A DNA stretch of 64,000 nucleotides from an uncultured Mycoplasmatota bacterium (GTDB taxonomy: Bacteria > Bacillota_I > Bacilli_A > RF39 > UBA660): NCBI GenBank assembly GCA_946497925.1, contig CAMMMG010000001.1:6192-70191 (forward strand), in the 5' to 3' direction. Below the pieces are notes generated by a model, which saw only the letters and a program-made list of their open reading frames with translations, had not been told where the DNA came from and ran no database searches. Shown here in pieces: positions 58,696 through 64,000 of this stretch (position 1 is the stretch's first letter; the number at the start of each line of letters is the position of its first letter). A program made the translations under genes and the position numbers.

Positions 58696-59835
58696 ATGTT
58701 AGAAACTGCTTTAAAAGTCTTAAATATAATAGAAGATAATTCTTATGAAGCATATATTGTAGGGGGATTTGTTCGGGATTATGTAATGGGTATTAAATCT
58801 AATGATGTTGATATTACTACTAATGCTAGGCCTAAAGATTTAATTAAAATATTTCCTAATGCTAATATAGATAATGAAATGTATGGTAGTGTTACTGTTT
58901 ATTTAAATAATATTAGATTTGAAATAACTACTTATAGAGATGATGGTAATTATTTAGATAATAGACATCCTGATACTATTAACTATGTTAATGATTTAAA
59001 GACTGATTTAAAAAGAAGAGATTTTACTATAAATACTATTTGTATGGATAAAGCTCTTAATATTGTTGATTTACTTAGTTGTAGAAGTGATATAGATAAG
59101 AAAATAATTAAGACTGTTATTAATCCATTAACATCTTTTAAAATAGATTCTCTTAGAATATTAAGAGCGATTAGATTTGCAACTACACTTGATTTTGAAC
59201 TTGCTAAAGAGGTAAAAGAAGCGATTATACAGTCTAAATATTTACTTAAGGATTTATCTATTAATAGAAAAAAAGAAGAGTTAGATAAGATATTTAGTAG
59301 TCCTAATATAGAAAAGGGAATTATGTTAATAAAAGAGTTAGGATTAATAGATGTGTTATTTTTAGAAAATATTAATAAAGTAATACCATGTAGTCAGGTA
59401 ATTGGTATATGGATGATGTTAGAAGTAGATGAAATTTATCCTTTTACTAGAAATGAGTTAAATCTAATGAAAGATATAAGAAATGCTATTAAAAATAATC
59501 CTTTAGATTATACTACTCTTTATTACTATGATTTATATCCATGTATAGTAGCAGGAGAGATTATAGGTATTTCTAAAAAAGAGATTATGGATAACTATAA
59601 TTCTATGCCTATTCATAAGAGAGGTGATATAGTAGTTGATAGTTATGATTTAATTGATTATTTAAATATAGAAGATGGTCCTATTATGAGTAAATTATGG
59701 AAGGAGTTAGAACTTAATATATTAAATTTAGAAGTCAGTAATACTAAAGAAGACCTTTTAAATCTTGCTAAAAAGATATATACTAGTATTAATTTAGTTA
59801 AGGAGGAGTGTAATGAAACAGAAACAACTGGTTAG
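58696..59835 (+). CDS. cca: CCA-adding tRNA nucleotidyltransferase (PolyA_pol head-domain family)
   Basis: YIVGGFVRDYVMGIKSNDVDITT plus ...RRDFTINT... are nucleotidyltransferase class II motifs. Confidence 0.85.
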   Translation: MLETALKVLNIIEDNSYEAYIVGGFVRDYVMGIKSNDVDITTNARPKDLIKIFPNANIDNEMYGSVTVYLNNIRFEITTYRDDGNYLDNRHPDTINYVNDLKTDLKRRDFTINTICMDKALNIVDLLSCRSDIDKKIIKTVINPLTSFKIDSLRILRAIRFATTLDFELAKEVKEAIIQSKYLLKDLSINRKKEELDKIFSSPNIEKGIMLIKELGLIDVLFLENINKVIPCSQVIGIWMMLEVDEIYPFTRNELNLMKDIRNAIKNNPLDYTTLYYYDLYPCIVAGEIIGISKKEIMDNYNSMPIHKRGDIVVDSYDLIDYLNIEDGPIMSKLWKELELNILNLEVSNTKEDLLNLAKKIYTSINLVKEECNETETTG

Positions 59836-60475
59836 TTTATTAGAAAATAAAAGTATAGTAGTACCTCTTCTTTTTTTTAAAGAGTATAAGAAATTAAATA
59901 TAAGTTTAGAAGAGTTTATGTTTTTAATGTATTTAAAAGATAAGGGTAATACTTTTACCTTTGATCCTAAGGAAATGAGTGAAGAGTTAGGTCTTAGTGT
60001 TAAAGATATATTAGTGTTAATTTCTTCTCTTACTGATAAGAAATTACTTATGATAGATACATATAAAAACGATAAAGGAATAGGGGAGGAGAAGGTAGAT
60101 ATATCTTTATTCTATGAAAAAATAGCTTCTATTATTAGTGATGAGGTTATTAAAGATAATGAAGATGTGCTTGATACTAGTATCTTTTCTACAATTGAAA
60201 AAGAGTTTGGTAGAACTCTTAATTCTAGTGAGATAGAGTTTATTAAAGCTTGGGCTAGTACATTTGATAATGGTGTTATTATTGAGGCTGTTAAGGAAGC
60301 AGTACTTAATGGAGTATCTAGTATTAGATATATAGATAAGATTTTATATGAATGGGATAAGAAGGGAATAAAGACTAGTGAAGATGTTAGGCATTTTCTT
60401 AATAGTAAAAATAAAGAGAATAAAGAACCTGTAGAGGTTTTCGATTATGATTGGTTTGATGATGAAGATGAGTAA
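59813..60475 (+). CDS. dnaD: DnaD-domain replication initiation/membrane attachment protein
   Basis: C-terminal EFGRTLNSSEIEFIKAWASTFDNGVIIEAVKEAVLNGVSSIRYIDKILYEWDKKGIKT is the DnaD/DnaB_2 domain. Its position upstream of nth matches Bacillus synteny. Confidence 0.8.
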   Translation: MKQKQLVSLLENKSIVVPLLFFKEYKKLNISLEEFMFLMYLKDKGNTFTFDPKEMSEELGLSVKDILVLISSLTDKKLLMIDTYKNDKGIGEEKVDISLFYEKIASIISDEVIKDNEDVLDTSIFSTIEKEFGRTLNSSEIEFIKAWASTFDNGVIIEAVKEAVLNGVSSIRYIDKILYEWDKKGIKTSEDVRHFLNSKNKENKEPVEVFDYDWFDDEDE

Positions 60476-61094
60476 AGTTGAGATTATAGAAGACTATTTA
60501 AATGAATTATTTGAAGAACCTAAATGTGAACTTAATTATAATAATGATTATGAACTTTTAATTGCTATTGTTCTTAGTGCTCAGACTACTGATAAAAGGG
60601 TTAATAGTGTTACACCTATTTTGTTTGGTAAGTATGATAGTATAGAGAAGTTAATGAATGCTGATATTAAAGATATAGAAGATATTTTAAGACCTCTTGG
60701 TTCTTTTAGAAAAAAAGCTCTTTATGTTAAAGAGATTGCAAGAATATTATTCTTAGATTATGATGGTAAAGTTCCTATTAAAAGGAAAGAATTAGAGGCA
60801 ATGCCTGGAGTTGGAAGAAAGACTGTTAATGTGTTTTTAGGAGAGTTTTATAATATTCCTACTATTGCTGTTGATACTCATGTAGAAAGAGTTTCTAAGA
60901 GGTTAGGACTTGCTAAAGATATTGATGATGTAAGAGGAGTAGAGGAGAAGTTAAAAAGGAAATTTAAAAGAGAAGACTGGGCTAAAAGACATTTACAGCT
61001 TGTATTATTTGGTAGGTATCATTGTAAGGCAGTATCTCCAAATTGTGATGCTTGTAAGTTAAATAGTATTTGTAAGTATAAGAAAAGAAGCTAG
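60447..61094 (+). CDS. nth: endonuclease III (DNA glycosylase/AP lyase)
   Basis: The HhH-GPD motif is LPGVGRKTVNVFL. The C-terminal [4Fe-4S] cluster loop is CKAVSPNCDACKLNSICKY. The true start is probably MSKVEII (~60471). Confidence 0.9.
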   Translation: MIGLMMKMSKVEIIEDYLNELFEEPKCELNYNNDYELLIAIVLSAQTTDKRVNSVTPILFGKYDSIEKLMNADIKDIEDILRPLGSFRKKALYVKEIARILFLDYDGKVPIKRKELEAMPGVGRKTVNVFLGEFYNIPTIAVDTHVERVSKRLGLAKDIDDVRGVEEKLKRKFKREDWAKRHLQLVLFGRYHCKAVSPNCDACKLNSICKYKKRS

Positions 61095-61114
61095 GATTTA
61101 GCTTCTTTTTAGGT

Positions 61115-63982
61115 TTATGGAGTAGGTGTAGTTTCGTTACCACTATCTCCTTCATCTCCACCGCCACCTGTATTAGTTCCAGTGACAGTTACTGTAATAC
61201 TTCCTGTTTCTTTTGTTTCTCCATCATAGGTAAATCGATATCGTAAGGTGTAAGTTCCTGCTTCTGTTAGAGTGGAGACCGATGTACTAGTAACTGGTCC
61301 TGATATACTTGATAAGGTCCAATTGCTAGTTTCACTTGTTACATCTGTTGAACCATTATAGACGGTTACATAATTTGTTATATCACTTATATTAAATGTT
61401 GGTACATTAATAGTACTTGCTGTTATTCTTAGATTAGCACTTTGTTTTTCTAATGTGTAAGTAGCAGCTTCACTATTTAATCCATCATATTTTTGGAAGG
61501 TTGCAATTACTCTATAAGTACCATAAGGGTTACTTGGATTATTAATAGTATAACTTGTGTTAGTAGTAAATCCTAGTAGTGTATTATTAAAGTAAACATT
61601 ATATCCAAAGTCACCATAAGATGAATCTGTATTACCTGGATTAACTGCATTCCATGATAGTTTAACATTACCATTAGAATATGTTGCAGTTAAACCTGTA
61701 GGTGTTGCTAAATTACTTGTTTCGGCATTTCCTTTAGGTTCATGGTCTTTTTTGAAATATTCATAAAGAATACTACCTGAGTATCCTGTTCCAGCTACTT
61801 TTGCTGTAGAGCTTCCAGATACTAATGGTACTCTAACAACACTCTCTGGCATTTTAAATTCTTCTTTATTATCTTCAAAAACTTCATTAGCAATGGCTGT
61901 AAATAATCTATCACGTTGTACTGTTCCAGCTAGGTTGTGATAGTAGTAACCTTGAGCAACAGATTCAGCATTGGTATCTTTATATCCATACCACATAGCT
62001 ATTGTTGTTTTTGTTGTATATCCTACAACCCAAGAGTCTCTAATTGCATCATCAGCCATACCTAATTTTTTACGGTAATTTTCATCAAAGTTAGTAGTAC
62101 CAGTTTTCATAGCAACATTATCCATAGCACCACCACCAGTTATACTAGTGTCATCTAATATACTTGTAATCATGTATGCAGTTGAATCTTCCATAGCTTT
62201 AGTTTTTTCACTTTCATGGGTATATTCTTCACCTGTATTAGTAATAATTATTTTATTAACGGAGTAAGGTTCATTGTAATATCCTCCATTAGAGAAAGCA
62301 GAGTATGCAGCAGCCATTTGTAAAGGATTTACACCATCGAATGCTCCTAAAGCATGGGCTTCATGTATTTTTCCGTTATCTATTTCTGGTTCTATACCTA
62401 ATTTTTGAACGAATTCTAATATTTTAGAATTATCTACTTGTTGGAATGCCTTTAATGCTGGAATATTTCTTGATAATGATAATGCTCTTCTTGTTGTCAT
62501 ATTACCCATAAATTTACCATCCCAGTTATTTATTTCTTGACCTGTGCTATATGAGTAAGGTTCATCTACAAACATTTTGTAATTATCATTACCATCATTA
62601 TATCCAAATGTAGAAGCATTATTATATTCAATTAGTGGTCCATAATCAAATAATGGTTTAGCGGTTGAACCAGGTTGTCTTACCATATCTGTAGCATAGT
62701 TGAATTGATTAACTCCAGTTTTATTTCTACCTGCACCAATTGCTAGTATTTTTCCTGTTTCACTATCTAGGACAGCTACTCCGCTTTGAATTACATCATT
62801 AATCCAACTGTAACTTTCTCCATTCATTACTCTATTTAGTCCATCTTGTTTTTCAGTATCTAGATTAGTATATATTTTCATTGGTGTTGTATATGGGTTT
62901 TTTCCTACTTTTTCTTGTACTTCTGCAACAACTGTATCAATATATCCTTGATATTCACTATTTCCACTTGTATCTGCTTCAACATTATAATTAACAAGAC
63001 TTTCAATACTGATTGAACTAGCTAAGTTTCTTTCTTCTTCAGTAATATAACCATGACGTTCCATTAAATATAAAACAGTATCACGTCTTTTAGTAACGGC
63101 TTCCAAATTTTCTTCTTCTACTGGTCGATAGGCATTAGGAGCTTGGAACATTCCTGCTATAATACTAGCTTCTGCTAAGTTTAAATCTTGTACGTCTTTA
63201 TTAAAGTAAACTCTAGCAGCTTGACTAACACCATAGACATTACCACCTAAGTTATGGTTATTAACATAAAACTCTATAATTTGTTCTTTTGTATAATTTT
63301 TTTCTAGTTTAAATATTGATAAATAAATGTCTTGGAACTTTCTAATAACACCATCAAGTCCTGTAGCGATACTAGATGTTAAGCTATTTTTAACAACTTG
63401 CATTGATAGAGTAGAAGCTCCACCGGCATCTGAGTTACCAAATACTTGACCAATTGATGCTCTTAAAAATCTTGGGGCATCAAAACCATTATGTTGGAAG
63501 AATCTTGAATCTTCTGTAGCGATTATAGCATCTACTAGTACTTCTGGTAATTCATCGTATGTAACTTTATCACGCATTTCACTACCTAGTTTAGCAAATT
63601 CTTCACCATTTGCATCATATAAAATAGTTGGTTCACTACTATCTAGTTTTTCAGCATCAAATTTAGGATTAGATGATATTGCAATATAAATCATAAAGAC
63701 AATACCTGCTAGCATTACTAATATACCAAGTGATAGTATAATAATTAAAATTGTATTGACTACCTTTTTCTGTTTTGGTTTATTTTTTACACTATCTACT
63801 AATTTAGCAATTCCTGCTATTATTAGTATTCCAACTCCCATAAAGACTGTGAATAATAATCCTAGGACAAAATATCCTACAATCATTAAAATAATAAATA
63901 AGCCTGCAAAAATCATAAATAAGTTATTATTTTTTTTAGGTCTTCTAGTTTTACTAGATTTACTTTTCTTTGTTTTTGCCAT
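61115..63982 (-). CDS. ponA: class A penicillin-binding protein (PBP1A; transglycosylase-transpeptidase) with C-terminal Fn3/Ig-like domain
   Basis: N-terminal TM. GT51 motifs are EDSRFFQHNGFD and RKFQD. Transpeptidase motifs are STAKP, SxN (FSNGG) and KTGT. A C-terminal Fn3-like segment and a G/T-rich tail follow. Confidence 0.9.
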   Translation of the reverse strand: MAKTKKSKSSKTRRPKKNNNLFMIFAGLFIILMIVGYFVLGLLFTVFMGVGILIIAGIAKLVDSVKNKPKQKKVVNTILIIILSLGILVMLAGIVFMIYIAISSNPKFDAEKLDSSEPTILYDANGEEFAKLGSEMRDKVTYDELPEVLVDAIIATEDSRFFQHNGFDAPRFLRASIGQVFGNSDAGGASTLSMQVVKNSLTSSIATGLDGVIRKFQDIYLSIFKLEKNYTKEQIIEFYVNNHNLGGNVYGVSQAARVYFNKDVQDLNLAEASIIAGMFQAPNAYRPVEEENLEAVTKRRDTVLYLMERHGYITEEERNLASSISIESLVNYNVEADTSGNSEYQGYIDTVVAEVQEKVGKNPYTTPMKIYTNLDTEKQDGLNRVMNGESYSWINDVIQSGVAVLDSETGKILAIGAGRNKTGVNQFNYATDMVRQPGSTAKPLFDYGPLIEYNNASTFGYNDGNDNYKMFVDEPYSYSTGQEINNWDGKFMGNMTTRRALSLSRNIPALKAFQQVDNSKILEFVQKLGIEPEIDNGKIHEAHALGAFDGVNPLQMAAAYSAFSNGGYYNEPYSVNKIIITNTGEEYTHESEKTKAMEDSTAYMITSILDDTSITGGGAMDNVAMKTGTTNFDENYRKKLGMADDAIRDSWVVGYTTKTTIAMWYGYKDTNAESVAQGYYYHNLAGTVQRDRLFTAIANEVFEDNKEEFKMPESVVRVPLVSGSSTAKVAGTGYSGSILYEYFKKDHEPKGNAETSNLATPTGLTATYSNGNVKLSWNAVNPGNTDSSYGDFGYNVYFNNTLLGFTTNTSYTINNPSNPYGTYRVIATFQKYDGLNSEAATYTLEKQSANLRITASTINVPTFNISDITNYVTVYNGSTDVTSETSNWTLSSISGPVTSTSVSTLTEAGTYTLRYRFTYDGETKETGSITVTVTGTNTGGGGDEGDSGNETTPTP

Positions 63983-64000
63983 TATCTTTTACCTCCAAAA

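Noticed and set aside
1-64000. Possibility of a Mycoplasma/Spiroplasma-type genetic code (TGA=Trp), given the extreme AT content
   Set aside because: Long ORFs terminate at TGA (for example 11520..12239 ends ...AGT TGA). The tRNA-Trp has a CCA anticodon, not UCA. The gene content (sporulation-type hydrolases, PBP1A-nth-dnaD synteny) is typical of Bacillota.
1-64000. CRISPR arrays, rRNA genes, IS transposases
   Set aside because: No regularly spaced direct repeats, no rRNA-like conserved stretches, and no DDE transposase or terminal-inverted-repeat IS signatures were seen. The only mobile DNA is the two serine-recombinase elements.

Overview
Very AT-rich, Firmicutes-like chromosomal window using the standard genetic code: TGA is used as a stop and a tRNA-Trp with a CCA anticodon is present. 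The right edge shows Bacillus-type housekeeping synteny, with a class A PBP, nth, dnaD, the CCA-adding enzyme and hup. The left two-thirds carry cell-envelope and metabolic genes (Fic, a SleB-like hydrolase, tandem DUF3048-like paralogs, YfhO, pta, exoA, an ASST-like protein, a GH25 muramidase, an M18 aminopeptidase, rsgA, a NUDIX hydrolase) and a paralog-rich seven-gene operon of unknown function (20.7-27.3 kb). The central feature is a 543-codon N-acetylmuramoyl-L-alanine amidase gene (Amidase_3 domain plus six LysM repeats) split into three in-frame pieces by two tandem integrative elements, each ending in its own large serine recombinase. Element 1 (~29264-43293, 14.0 kb) carries a MobV relaxase, HTH proteins and a tightly packed seven-gene cargo operon (CYTH, APH-like kinase, FolE2-type GTP cyclohydrolase I, a nucleotidyltransferase-methyltransferase fusion, a P-loop nucleoside/nucleotide kinase and two unknowns). 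Element 2 (~43519-56332, 12.8 kb) carries a five-gene defence-like operon: an MTase-like protein, a 1363-aa T5orf172-like/SF2 helicase/N6-adenine MTase fusion, an unknown, a PHP-domain/ABC-type ATPase fusion and a small ORF. This operon does not match any system I can name. No CRISPR, rRNA or IS transposase is seen. Self-derived coordinates may be off by 1-2 nt.
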